Assembly: GCA_963792415.1 (NCBI GenBank)
Contig: CAWBVY010000006.1
Location: 224,001-288,000, forward strand
Length of the DNA stretch: 64,000 bases
Origin: Candidatus Deferrimicrobiaceae bacterium
Lineage (GTDB): Bacteria > Desulfobacterota > Deferrimicrobia > Deferrimicrobiales > Deferrimicrobiaceae
Reading direction: 5' to 3'
How positions within the stretch are numbered: position 1 is the stretch's first letter; each line of letters starts with the position of its first letter. The translations under genes and the position numbers were made by a program. The notes below the pieces were generated by a model. That model had not been told where the DNA came from, made no database searches, and worked only from the letters and a program-made list of their open reading frames with translations. This document shows, one piece after another, positions 18,491 to 27,619 of the stretch.

Positions 18491-19960
18491 ATGGAGCAGG
18501 ACTTGCCTCGCCAGACCAACCGCCCTCTGACCGTCGTCTCTTTGCTCCTCGGCCTCTTCCTGGCCGCCATGGAGATGACCGTCGTGTCCACGGCGATGCC
18601 CACCGCGGTGGGGGACCTCGGAGGGATCCTCCTCTACGCCTGGGTGTTCGCCGCCTACATGCTCACCGCGACCGTGACCTTGCCCATCTACGGCAAGCTC
18701 GCGGACCTTTACGGCCGGAAGCCGGTGATGCTCGTCGGCCTCGCCCTTTTCCTGGGCGGCTCCTTCCTCTGCGGCCACGCCGACAGCATGAACATGCTCA
18801 TTCTCTTCCGGGCGATCCAGGGGCTGGGCGCCGGTGCCATCCAGCCCATGGCGATGACCATCGTTGGGGACCTCTTCGACGTGCACGAGCGCGCCCGGAT
18901 CCAGGGGATCCTCGGCGCGGTCTGGGGGGTCGCCGGCCTGATCGGTCCGGTCCTCGGAGGGGCGATTGTCCATTGGCTTTCCTGGCGATGGGTTTTCTAC
19001 GTGAACATCCCGTTGGGCCTGGGGTGCGCGGCGATGCTGATCTTCGCCTACCACGAGAAAGTGGAACGGCAGGACCACCGGCTCGATTTCGCGGGCGCGG
19101 CGCTGCTTTCGGGCACCGTGGTGCTCGCCCTTCTCGCGGCCCGCTCGCGGGGGGAAGGCCTGGGCTTCCTCCCCGCGGCGGGCGTTGCGCTGGCGCTCTT
19201 CCTGTGGGTGGAGCGTCGCGCGGAAGAGCCCCTCTTTCCGCTCGACCTCTTCTCCCAGCGCGTCATGGCCGTCGCATCGGTGACCGGAGCGCTTGTCGGC
19301 GCGGCGATGATCTCGGTGGTCACCTTCGTGCCGCTGTTCGTGCAGAGCGTCCTCGCCGGGAGCCCGACCGACGCCGGCACCACGATCGCCCCGATCGCCA
19401 TCGGGTGGCCCATTTCCTCGACGCTGGCGGGGCGGATCCTCCCGCGGACGGGGTACCGGGCGCTCATCCGCGGAGGCCTGGCGCTCACGTTCTGCGCGGC
19501 GTTGGCGCTTTCGCTCCTGCTCCGGCCCGGAGCGGATCTATGGTCGCTGCGACTGACCATGTTCTTCTACGGGCTGGGCCTGGGATTCGCCAACACTCCC
19601 CTGATCATCGGGGTGCAGTCCAGCGTCCCCTGGAAACGGCGCGGCGTCGCCACCGCGAGCACCATGTTCAGCCGCTCGATCGGCGGCACCCTGGCCGTGG
19701 GCGTCCTCGGAGGTGTCCTCGGGGCGGCGCTTGCCGCCGGCGGCGCCCCCCCCGGAGCGGTGGACAAGCTCCTCGGGCCGGAGCGCTCCTTCCTTCCCCC
19801 GGAGCTCGTGCGCAGCCTGTCGGGGGCGCTGCAGGGGGGGATGGAAGGGATCTTCCAGGCCGTGGCGTTCATCGCCTTCGCGGGATTCGCGGTGAGTCTC
19901 CTCTTCCCCGCGATCAGGGTCGCACCGCGGGGTTCCACCATGGACGAAGCGCCCCGGTAA
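18491..19960 (+). CDS. MFS drug:H+ antiporter (DHA2-like)
   Basis: FLAAMEMTVVSTAMP, YGKLADLYGRK, RAIQGLGAG, WRWVFYVNIP. Confidence 0.9.
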   Translation: MEQDLPRQTNRPLTVVSLLLGLFLAAMEMTVVSTAMPTAVGDLGGILLYAWVFAAYMLTATVTLPIYGKLADLYGRKPVMLVGLALFLGGSFLCGHADSMNMLILFRAIQGLGAGAIQPMAMTIVGDLFDVHERARIQGILGAVWGVAGLIGPVLGGAIVHWLSWRWVFYVNIPLGLGCAAMLIFAYHEKVERQDHRLDFAGAALLSGTVVLALLAARSRGEGLGFLPAAGVALALFLWVERRAEEPLFPLDLFSQRVMAVASVTGALVGAAMISVVTFVPLFVQSVLAGSPTDAGTTIAPIAIGWPISSTLAGRILPRTGYRALIRGGLALTFCAALALSLLLRPGADLWSLRLTMFFYGLGLGFANTPLIIGVQSSVPWKRRGVATASTMFSRSIGGTLAVGVLGGVLGAALAAGGAPPGAVDKLLGPERSFLPPELVRSLSGALQGGMEGIFQAVAFIAFAGFAVSLLFPAIRVAPRGSTMDEAPR

Positions 19961-20076
19961 TCCGGATCCCCCCGCCCGGGCGGCGGACGGGTCGATCGCC
20001 GATACGGAGGGGCGCCGTCCTTCGTCCGTTGCCTTTCCGCGCCGGCCGCCCGATAATGTCGTCAGCGAGGAAGACC

Positions 20077-21363
20077 ATGCTGCTTCGGAAGATCCCGATC
20101 AACCTCTGGAACCTCGTCTCCCCCCTGGCAAGGACGTTCGACCTCATGAATCCCGCTCTCGGGGACCACTGCCTGCGGGTCGCCTATCTCGCGATGCGTC
20201 TGGCGGAGGAACTGGAGTGGCCGGCCTGGAGGCGAAGGGAGGTGGCGATCGCCGGGGCGCTCCACGACATCGGGGCGTTCTCCCTGGCCGAGCGGCTCGA
20301 TCTGCTGGAATTCGAAACCGCGGACCAGGGGACCCACGCACGGGCCGGGTACATCCTGCTGCGGGAGTTCAAGCCGTTCGAGCGGATCGCGGAAACGGTG
20401 CTGCACCACCACCTGCCCTGGCGGAACGGCCAGGGCGAGCGGGTGGACGGATCCCCTGTGCCGGAAGGCAGCCATCTCGTGCACCTCGCGGACCGGACGG
20501 CGGTTCTCTTCCGAAAGGACGAGCCGGTCCTGGGCCAAATTCCCGGAATCCGGGCGTCGATCCGCGAGCGGAGCGGATCCTGGTTCGCGCCCGCCTATGT
20601 CGACGCGCTCCTGCGCCTTTGCGACCGCGACTACATCTGGATGGAGATCTCCTCCGGTGCGATGGAAGATTCCCTGCGCCTCTCCCTCGGGATGGAGACG
20701 ATCGACACGGACATCGGGGAGTTCGTCGGTTTCTCCCGCCTCGTCTGCCGGATCATCGACTTCAAGAGCGCGTTCACGGCGACCCACTCCAGCGGCGTCG
20801 CCGCCGCGGGGCGATCCCTCGCGTCCCTGATCGGCTTCTCGCGGCAGGAGTGCCAGATGTTCGAGATCGCCGCCTACCTCCACGACCTGGGGAAGCTGGC
20901 GGTCCCCTCCGAGATCCTCGAGAAGCGGGAACGCCTGACACAGGCCGAATGGGGCGTGATGCGGACCCACGCCTACTACACCTACCAGATCCTCAGCCCG
21001 ATCGAGGCCCTGAACCTCGTCGCCTCCTGGAGCTCCCTCCACCAGGAGCGCCTCGACGGCAGCGGCTACCCGTTCCACGTCGGCGAGGACGACCTGCCGC
21101 TCGGGGCCCGGGTCATGGCCGTGGCGGACGTCTTCACGGGGATCACCGAGAACCGTCCGTACCGCGAGGGGATGGCGCGGGAGGAGGCCCTGGGGGTCCT
21201 CCACGGGATGGTGGCGAAGGGGGAACTCGACGGCCGCCTGGTCTCCCTGCTGGAGACGCACTTCGACGCGATCAGCCGCGCCCGCGAAGAGGCGCAGACA
21301 GAGGCCGTCCGTGAGTACGGGGCGTTCCGGGAAGCCCTGACGGGCGCCTCGTCCGCGGGATAA
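20077..21363 (+). CDS. tandem HD-domain / HD-GYP phosphodiesterase
   Basis: Two HD motifs (LHDIG, LHDLGK) and HQERLDGSGYP, RPYR. Confidence 0.88.
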   Translation: MLLRKIPINLWNLVSPLARTFDLMNPALGDHCLRVAYLAMRLAEELEWPAWRRREVAIAGALHDIGAFSLAERLDLLEFETADQGTHARAGYILLREFKPFERIAETVLHHHLPWRNGQGERVDGSPVPEGSHLVHLADRTAVLFRKDEPVLGQIPGIRASIRERSGSWFAPAYVDALLRLCDRDYIWMEISSGAMEDSLRLSLGMETIDTDIGEFVGFSRLVCRIIDFKSAFTATHSSGVAAAGRSLASLIGFSRQECQMFEIAAYLHDLGKLAVPSEILEKRERLTQAEWGVMRTHAYYTYQILSPIEALNLVASWSSLHQERLDGSGYPFHVGEDDLPLGARVMAVADVFTGITENRPYREGMAREEALGVLHGMVAKGELDGRLVSLLETHFDAISRAREEAQTEAVREYGAFREALTGASSAG

Positions 21364-21369
21364 CCGAAG

Positions 21370-21406
21370 AAAAAAGCCCCTCGTGGCACCTTGCCAGGAG
21401 GGGCTT
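21370..21406 (-). terminator. intrinsic terminator between convergent genes
   Basis: AAGCCCCTC..TGGCA-loop-TGCCA..GAGGGGCTT stem with an A6 run on its left (U-tract on the minus strand). Confidence 0.7.
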
Positions 21407-21439
21407 CGCGGAATGCCTCCGGGATGGGAATCCCCTGCG

Positions 21440-21844
21440 TTACGGATTCGCCACGAACCAGACGTTCCCGAGTCCCTGCCCCAGGACATCCCCCGGCGCC
21501 TTGTCGCCCGCGTAGTAGTACAGGGGCCAGCCTTTGTACGTTGTCTGCGGCTTCCCGTCTTCCCGGGAGATGTTGCCGAAATCCCCGGCGGCAACTCCTT
21601 CCGGGACCCCGACTTTTTCACGGTGGTAGACAGGCCACTTTTCGACGCAAGGGCCCGCGCAGACGCTCTTGTTGGGGGAATCCTTCTTGAAAATGTAGAG
21701 GGTCATCCCTTTCGAATCGGTCAGGAATTTTCCGACGCCGTCCTTTTCGGAGATCTTCACCACGTGCTGGTCGGCAAACGCGGCCCCTCCAAGAACCAGC
21801 GTCAGGACTGCGCACATCGCGTATAGCACTGCACTTTTCCGCAT
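21440..21844 (-). CDS. secreted protein with Y-X4-D repeats (COG4315-like)
   Basis: Signal peptide; GMTLYIFKKD, CAGPC..WP, YKGWPLYYYAGD..PGD..GQG. Confidence 0.88.
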   Translation of the reverse strand: MRKSAVLYAMCAVLTLVLGGAAFADQHVVKISEKDGVGKFLTDSKGMTLYIFKKDSPNKSVCAGPCVEKWPVYHREKVGVPEGVAAGDFGNISREDGKPQTTYKGWPLYYYAGDKAPGDVLGQGLGNVWFVANP

Positions 21845-22083
21845 GACTCCCTCCCTTGCGATTTTTTCCCCTAACCGATCCTTAGGTGCACGGCCCCTGG
21901 GGGAAGTTTCCTCTTCCCGCGGAATCCCTTTCGATCCTCGAGGTTCGCCGTCCCGGTGGAGGCGATACGCGAAATGACGCGAAAGATCCCCTCCCGGGAT
22001 GCCGTGGTCTGGTAATAGAATGGTGCGGCAACCGGAGCCGCCCCTTCGGGGTCCAATTTCCGTTCCGGGGGCGGGGGAGATCG

Positions 22084-25000
22084 ATGACCCTGAGGCGCGC
22101 GGCACTATGGTGTGTCGCGGGATTTGCGGCCCTTCTGGGGGTTGCCGCGCTGTCCGTCGCCCTGGCCCTCTACCGGCCCGCGCTTGTCCGGCCGTGGGTG
22201 CAGCGGGCACTGGCTCCCCGCGGCGGGACGGCCTCCCTGGCCGGACTGAAAATATCGCTCGCCCCGCCGACCGTGCTGCTTTCCGGACTGGTGATTGCGG
22301 GGCCTCCGCGCGAGGGCGATCGCATCACCCTGGACCATCTGCAATTCGAACTGGTCCCCTCCCGCTTCCTCCACGGCGGCCCCTGGTTGCGGCACGTGGA
22401 AGCAAGGGGAGTGATCTTCGAGCGACCAGGCCCCCGGCAGACGGAAGGTCCGCCGGACCTGACGGCGCTCACCCGACTGTTCGACATCGAGGACCTGTCG
22501 CTGACGGACGCCCGGCTCCGCATGGCCATGACCCAGGGAGTTCTTTCGGTGGACGGGTTGCGGTTGAACCTGGCCCCGGGGGAAGGCGGGATGCGCGCCT
22601 TCGACGGATTCGGGGATCTGTCCTTTCGGGGAATGGGAAGGAACGTCTTCGCATCGAAGTTTTCGGCCCGCGGCACCGTCACGACCGAACCTGCGTTCAC
22701 GGTCGATCTCGTGTCGGCCTCGGGTCCCCTGGAACTGCCGTGGATTTCAGGCACCCTTTCCGGCCGGACCCGCCTGCGGGTGACGCGGAATACCCTCCAG
22801 GCGGAGGACCTGAACCTGACGCTGTCGCAGGGGCGGGTCCTCCTGGATTCGCGCGGGGAAATCCTCCCGGAATCGATCCGCCTGAACGGAGCTGCCGCTG
22901 CAACGCTGGAGGGACGGGACCCTCGCATTGAAGTCCGCGCGTTGGACATCGGCGGCCTGCTCATCGCGCGTGGACAGCTGGCCGGCCCGATCCTCGAAAC
23001 GATGTCCGGTACCCTTGAAGGGGAGATTCCGCGGGTGGAACGGGTGAGAACCTATTTGGCTCCTCTCCTGCCCGGTGCTCTTGCAGACATCGAACTGACG
23101 GGCAGACTGCCCTGGCGCCTGTCTCTGTCCACCGGGATCAAGGAACGTCTCCTGGCCCTCGAACTTCTCTCGCCCGACCTGCGGCTTTCCTCCGCAAGCG
23201 CGGGGCTCGATTGCGGCTTCGGGGGATCCTTCAGGGCGGCGGGCTCTCTCGATAAATGGCTTCATGGAAGGGTCTCCATGAGCGGTCGGGTCCAGGGAAC
23301 GGGAAGTTTCCACCGGCCGCCGCTCGCGGTGCGCCGCTTCCGCTTCGACACCCCATTCGCGGGAGCGATGGCCGCTCCCACCCTGCAAGGCTGGACCCTC
23401 TCGACGGGACCGGGAGAGGTTCTCTACGAAGGCCGTCCCCTGCCCTTGGGAACGGTCGCGATCCGGGGATCCGCAAGGGCGGTCGGGGATTCTTACCGCG
23501 TGGAAGACGTGGAGATCCGATCCGGATCCCTCGGCCGCTTGACCGGTCATGGGGCCTACCAGGGCGGGAACGTCATCGGCCGCCTGACCGGCACGAGGCT
23601 GCCCGCGGACAACCTCGCGACGCTGGCTGGAGCCCTTGGAGGACGCGACTGGAAGGGGTGGTCTCCCACCGGCGTCATCGACCTCTCCGCCCGGCTGGAC
23701 CCTCTGGAGGACGGGAGGCGGCTGGCGGCTACGGCCACGCTCGGGGAGATCGGCTTCAGCTCCCCCGGCGGCGATGCGATGGGTCAACAACTGGGCGGCA
23801 CGGTCGGCCTTGAGGCGGATCTGACCTCCCGGCCCCATGCGAAGGTTGACCTGACCCTGCAGCGAGGGGAAGCCCTCTGGGGCACGATCTACCTGGACCT
23901 CGCGAAGGATCCGCTGGTCCTTCGCGTCGGGGGAGCGCGGACGGGCCCCGAGGAATACGGGGAACTCCTTCTCGAAGGCGGTTTGGCAGGTTTCGGCCGC
24001 CTCGAGATCGGGGGAAAGGCACACCGAGAGGACGGCAGGTGGCGCCACCAGGGGCGACTCGCAATACGCGACGCCCGGCTCGGTCCGATCTTCCGCACCT
24101 TCCTGAGGGACCCCATGGCGGCATCGCAACCCGGTCTCGCCGGGCTGGAGATGGGAGGTTCCGCCGAGGTCGATCTTTCCTTTACGGGTATCGGGGAAGC
24201 GGCCGCCCTGGACGGAGCGCTCCGGCTTCGATCGGGCGCTCTGCGCCAAGGGGCGGAACCCCCTCTCCTCTCCGGGCTCGACATCGACCTGCCGATCTCC
24301 TATTCTCTCGGCGCCGCGGACCCGGGGTACCCCGCCCCCTCGGCCGGAGCGGAGTGGGGCCGTCTGCGTCTTGAGAAGATTCGCCTCTCCGGACAGGAAT
24401 TGGGGCCTCTGGAGATGCCGGCCGTCCTGGTCCCCAACCGTCTCTACCTCGAGGGATCCGTCGAGGCGTCCCTGTTCGGAGCCCGGCTTGCCTTGCGACG
24501 GATCCGGGTGGAGGAACCGCTTTCCCCGGGCTTTCGCGTCCGGATGGGGGCGGAACTGGACGATCTGAACCTGTCCGATATCGCCGGAAAGGATCCGATG
24601 CTCGAGGGGCGACTTGGAGGAATCCTGGATCCCGTGGTCCTCGACAGGGAACGGATGACCGCCGCCGGAGAGTTGACCGGCGATCTGTTCGGCGGCCGGC
24701 TGGACGTCGGCGGCGTGACGATGGAGCGGCCCTTCAGCGCGGGACGGGAGATCGGCGCCGACGTGACCCTCGATCGGATCGACCTCGAGCGGGTTTCCAC
24801 CGCACTGGGAATCGGACGCATCACCGGACGCCTCTCCGGGTCGATAAAGGGTTTGCGGGTGGCCTTCGGCCAGCCGGTAGCGTTCGATCTCAAGATGGAG
24901 TCGGTACCCGTCAAAGGGGTGAGCCAGTCGGTAAGCCTCAAGGCGGTGAACTCCATCTCATTGATCGGCACGGGCTCCGCGCTGAGCGGCATGGGGGTCT

Positions 25001-25236
25001 CCCTGATGACGAAATTATTCCGGGAATTCCCTTACGAGAAGATCGGTTTCGTATGCGGGTTGAAAAACGACGTCTTCACCGTCCGGGGTCTCATCCACGA
25101 GGACGGTGTAGAATATCTGGTGAAAAGGCGCTTATTCTCCGGGATCGACGTGATCAACGGCAACCCGGACAACCGCATCGGCTTTTCGGATATGCTGGAG
25201 CGCGCAAGACGCGTGACCGGCGAACGCTCCAATTGA
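22084..25236 (+). CDS. large AsmA-like / YdbH-type intermembrane beta-taco protein
   Basis: N-terminal TM anchor, long Gly/Leu beta-rich body, C-terminal FGQPVAFDL..ISLIG..FPYEKIGFVCGLKND; followed by a YdbL-like gene. Confidence 0.7.
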   Translation: MTLRRAALWCVAGFAALLGVAALSVALALYRPALVRPWVQRALAPRGGTASLAGLKISLAPPTVLLSGLVIAGPPREGDRITLDHLQFELVPSRFLHGGPWLRHVEARGVIFERPGPRQTEGPPDLTALTRLFDIEDLSLTDARLRMAMTQGVLSVDGLRLNLAPGEGGMRAFDGFGDLSFRGMGRNVFASKFSARGTVTTEPAFTVDLVSASGPLELPWISGTLSGRTRLRVTRNTLQAEDLNLTLSQGRVLLDSRGEILPESIRLNGAAAATLEGRDPRIEVRALDIGGLLIARGQLAGPILETMSGTLEGEIPRVERVRTYLAPLLPGALADIELTGRLPWRLSLSTGIKERLLALELLSPDLRLSSASAGLDCGFGGSFRAAGSLDKWLHGRVSMSGRVQGTGSFHRPPLAVRRFRFDTPFAGAMAAPTLQGWTLSTGPGEVLYEGRPLPLGTVAIRGSARAVGDSYRVEDVEIRSGSLGRLTGHGAYQGGNVIGRLTGTRLPADNLATLAGALGGRDWKGWSPTGVIDLSARLDPLEDGRRLAATATLGEIGFSSPGGDAMGQQLGGTVGLEADLTSRPHAKVDLTLQRGEALWGTIYLDLAKDPLVLRVGGARTGPEEYGELLLEGGLAGFGRLEIGGKAHREDGRWRHQGRLAIRDARLGPIFRTFLRDPMAASQPGLAGLEMGGSAEVDLSFTGIGEAAALDGALRLRSGALRQGAEPPLLSGLDIDLPISYSLGAADPGYPAPSAGAEWGRLRLEKIRLSGQELGPLEMPAVLVPNRLYLEGSVEASLFGARLALRRIRVEEPLSPGFRVRMGAELDDLNLSDIAGKDPMLEGRLGGILDPVVLDRERMTAAGELTGDLFGGRLDVGGVTMERPFSAGREIGADVTLDRIDLERVSTALGIGRITGRLSGSIKGLRVAFGQPVAFDLKMESVPVKGVSQSVSLKAVNSISLIGTGSALSGMGVSLMTKLFREFPYEKIGFVCGLKNDVFTVRGLIHEDGVEYLVKRRLFSGIDVINGNPDNRIGFSDMLERARRVTGERSN

Positions 25237-25274
25237 GGCGGAGGCACCCATCCGACCGTGAAAAGGGGGATCGC

Positions 25275-25889
25275 ATGAAACGACACGGGCATCGCTTTTC
25301 CTATTCCGTCCTGGCGGTTCTCGCGCTCCTCGCGGGGTGCGTCACGGTAAACGTCTACTTCCCTGCCGCGCAGGTGGAGAAGACGGCCGAGAAGATCGTG
25401 GACGAGGTCTACCAGGAAAACAGGGAACTTCCGAAACAGGAGCCGACGGAGAAACCGCGGTCGTGGAAGGATGGAGAAACGATCCGCGGGATCGTGCGAC
25501 TCGCCCGCTTCGGGCCCGCCCCGGCATTCGCCGAGGAAGCCACGACCGTGAGCAACGCGGCGATTCGCGGGCTGAAGGAGCAGATCGGCCAGCGGCACCA
25601 GGAGTTGCTCCCCTTCTACCAGCAAGGCCAGGTGGGGATCACCCGCGACGGGTTCCTCGAAGTCCGGGGGACGAGCGGCCTCGGGTTGCCCCAGGTGGCG
25701 TCCCTGAAGAGACTCGTCGACGCCGACAACGCCGCCCGCCGCCAGCTCTACGAAGAGGTGGCGAGAGCCCTCAACCTGAAACCGGATCAGGTGTCCCAGG
25801 TCCGGAAGATCTTTGCGAAGCAGTGGAGGGACAAGGCCCAGGCCGGGTGGGCGGTCCAGGCGGACGACGGCACGTGGGGGCGCAAGTAG
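25275..25889 (+). CDS. lipoprotein with YnbE-like N-terminus and YdbL/DUF1318 domain
   Basis: Lipobox LAGC then VTVNVYFPAA; GQVGITRDGFL, LVDADNAARRQLY, GWAVQADDGTW. Confidence 0.8.
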   Translation: MKRHGHRFSYSVLAVLALLAGCVTVNVYFPAAQVEKTAEKIVDEVYQENRELPKQEPTEKPRSWKDGETIRGIVRLARFGPAPAFAEEATTVSNAAIRGLKEQIGQRHQELLPFYQQGQVGITRDGFLEVRGTSGLGLPQVASLKRLVDADNAARRQLYEEVARALNLKPDQVSQVRKIFAKQWRDKAQAGWAVQADDGTWGRK

Positions 25890-25926
25890 CGGGTCACGTC
25901 GGCACGGTCCGGCGCGGCCGGGAACG

Positions 25927-26550
25927 TTAATGAAGCTTTGGGAGGCTCCACCCCAGGAAGATCGCGGCGGTCCGCAGCAGTAGCGTCGTGAGGAACGCGA
26001 CGGCGGAAACGACGGAGGGCTGGAAACCCGCCGCGGAAAGAAGGACGAAGGAGAGACCCCCCAGCAGCGCCGCCGTGGCGTAGAAATCCGCGTGCAGCAC
26101 CATCGGGATCTCCATTACGAGGAGGTCGCGGACCACCCCGCCTCCAACGCCGGTCAAGGCCGCGAGCACCACGACGCTCCACGACTTCAAGCCTGCCGCG
26201 GCGCCGGCGGAAGCCCCGATCACGGCGAAGATGGCCAACCCGAGGGCATCCACGAGGAGGAAGGCCCGATCCTCGTCCAGGAACCTTCTCCCCTTCGCCA
26301 CGTAATGCCACGCGACCGCCGACAGGCATCCCAGGAGGGAGAACAGGGCGTACAGGTTCGTGGTGAAGGAAACCGGGATGCGATGCAGGAGGGCATCCCG
26401 GATGATCCCTCCGCCCATGGCGGTCGCGAACCCGAGGACGAGGATGCCGAGGATGTCGAGTTTTTTCCGGATCGCCTTGAACGCCCCGGACATCGCGAAC
26501 GCGAAGGTTCCCACGAGGTCGAAGAGGAGGAACAGGGATTCCTGGGTCAT
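25927..26550 (-). CDS. trimeric intracellular cation channel family protein (UPF0126)
   Basis: Duplicated GTFAFAMSG..GGGIIRD / DALGLA..GGGVVRD motifs. Confidence 0.9.
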   Translation of the reverse strand: MTQESLFLLFDLVGTFAFAMSGAFKAIRKKLDILGILVLGFATAMGGGIIRDALLHRIPVSFTTNLYALFSLLGCLSAVAWHYVAKGRRFLDEDRAFLLVDALGLAIFAVIGASAGAAAGLKSWSVVVLAALTGVGGGVVRDLLVMEIPMVLHADFYATAALLGGLSFVLLSAAGFQPSVVSAVAFLTTLLLRTAAIFLGWSLPKLH

Positions 26551-26667
26551 TGGGGTAAATTTCCCACAATCCCGCCCGAATGACAACGCGCCGTTCGCCA
26601 TGCTCCCACCGCGGCGGTTGACCCTCCGGCGCCTTCCTGCTTACATATTTCGAAAGGGGGTGTCACC

Positions 26668-27525
26668 ATGACGGTAACGAGGATCTTCCGGAAAGTATGG
26701 CGGGCCGAGCCGACGATCGAAGGCGCGGGCGTCCACCTCAAGCGGGCGTTCGGAAACCGGGAGGCGCCTCGCCTCGACCCCTTCCTCCTCCTCGACGATT
26801 TCCGCTCGGACGACCCCTCGAAATACCTCCCCGGATTCCCCTGGCACCCGCACCGGGGGATCGAGACGATCACCTACGTTCTCGAAGGGGACGTGGAGCA
26901 CGGGGACAGCATGGGAAACCGGGGCGACATCACCGCGGGCGACGTCCAGTGGATGACCGCGGGAAGCGGCATCGTCCACCAGGAGATGCCCAGGGGGAAT
27001 GCCCAGGGACGCATGGGGGGGTTCCAGCTCTGGGCCAACCTCCCCGCCTCTCACAAGATGATGGACCCGCGGTACCGGGACGTGAAGCGAAGCGAGATCC
27101 CCGAAGTCTCCACGGAGGGCGGGGCGAAGGTGAAGATCGTCTGCGGTCGGGTAAACGGCGTGCAGGGCCCGGTCCGGGACATCGTCACCGACCCCGAGTA
27201 CCTCGACGTCTCCGTGCCGAAGGGGACGCAATTCACCCATACGGTCAAGGTGGGGCACACGGTCTTCGCCTACGTCATCGAAGGGAGCGCCCGCTTCGAC
27301 CCGGGCCGCGACGGCCTTTGCGGGCCGGAGAGCCTCGTCCACTACGGTGACGGCGACGCCGTCTCCATCGCCGCCGAAAAGGAACCGGTTCGCTTTCTCC
27401 TCGTGTCCGGCAAGCCGATCGGGGAGCCGGTGGCCTGGCACGGCCCCATCGTGATGAACACCTCCGAGGAGATCCGGACCGCGTTCGAAGAGTACCGGAA
27501 CGGGACCTTCATCAAGCACCGCTGA
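26668..27525 (+). CDS. pirin family protein
   Basis: DPFLLLDDF, GFPWHPHRGIET, QWMTAGSGIVHQE, GPIVMN. Confidence 0.95.
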   Translation: MTVTRIFRKVWRAEPTIEGAGVHLKRAFGNREAPRLDPFLLLDDFRSDDPSKYLPGFPWHPHRGIETITYVLEGDVEHGDSMGNRGDITAGDVQWMTAGSGIVHQEMPRGNAQGRMGGFQLWANLPASHKMMDPRYRDVKRSEIPEVSTEGGAKVKIVCGRVNGVQGPVRDIVTDPEYLDVSVPKGTQFTHTVKVGHTVFAYVIEGSARFDPGRDGLCGPESLVHYGDGDAVSIAAEKEPVRFLLVSGKPIGEPVAWHGPIVMNTSEEIRTAFEEYRNGTFIKHR

Positions 27526-27619
27526 AAGGAACGGGGCGTCCGGTCGAAGCGCATCTTCCCTCGACCAAGCAGCCGGGAGCGAAAGCCGGACCGGGCGGAC
27601 GCGCGCGAACCGCATCCGT

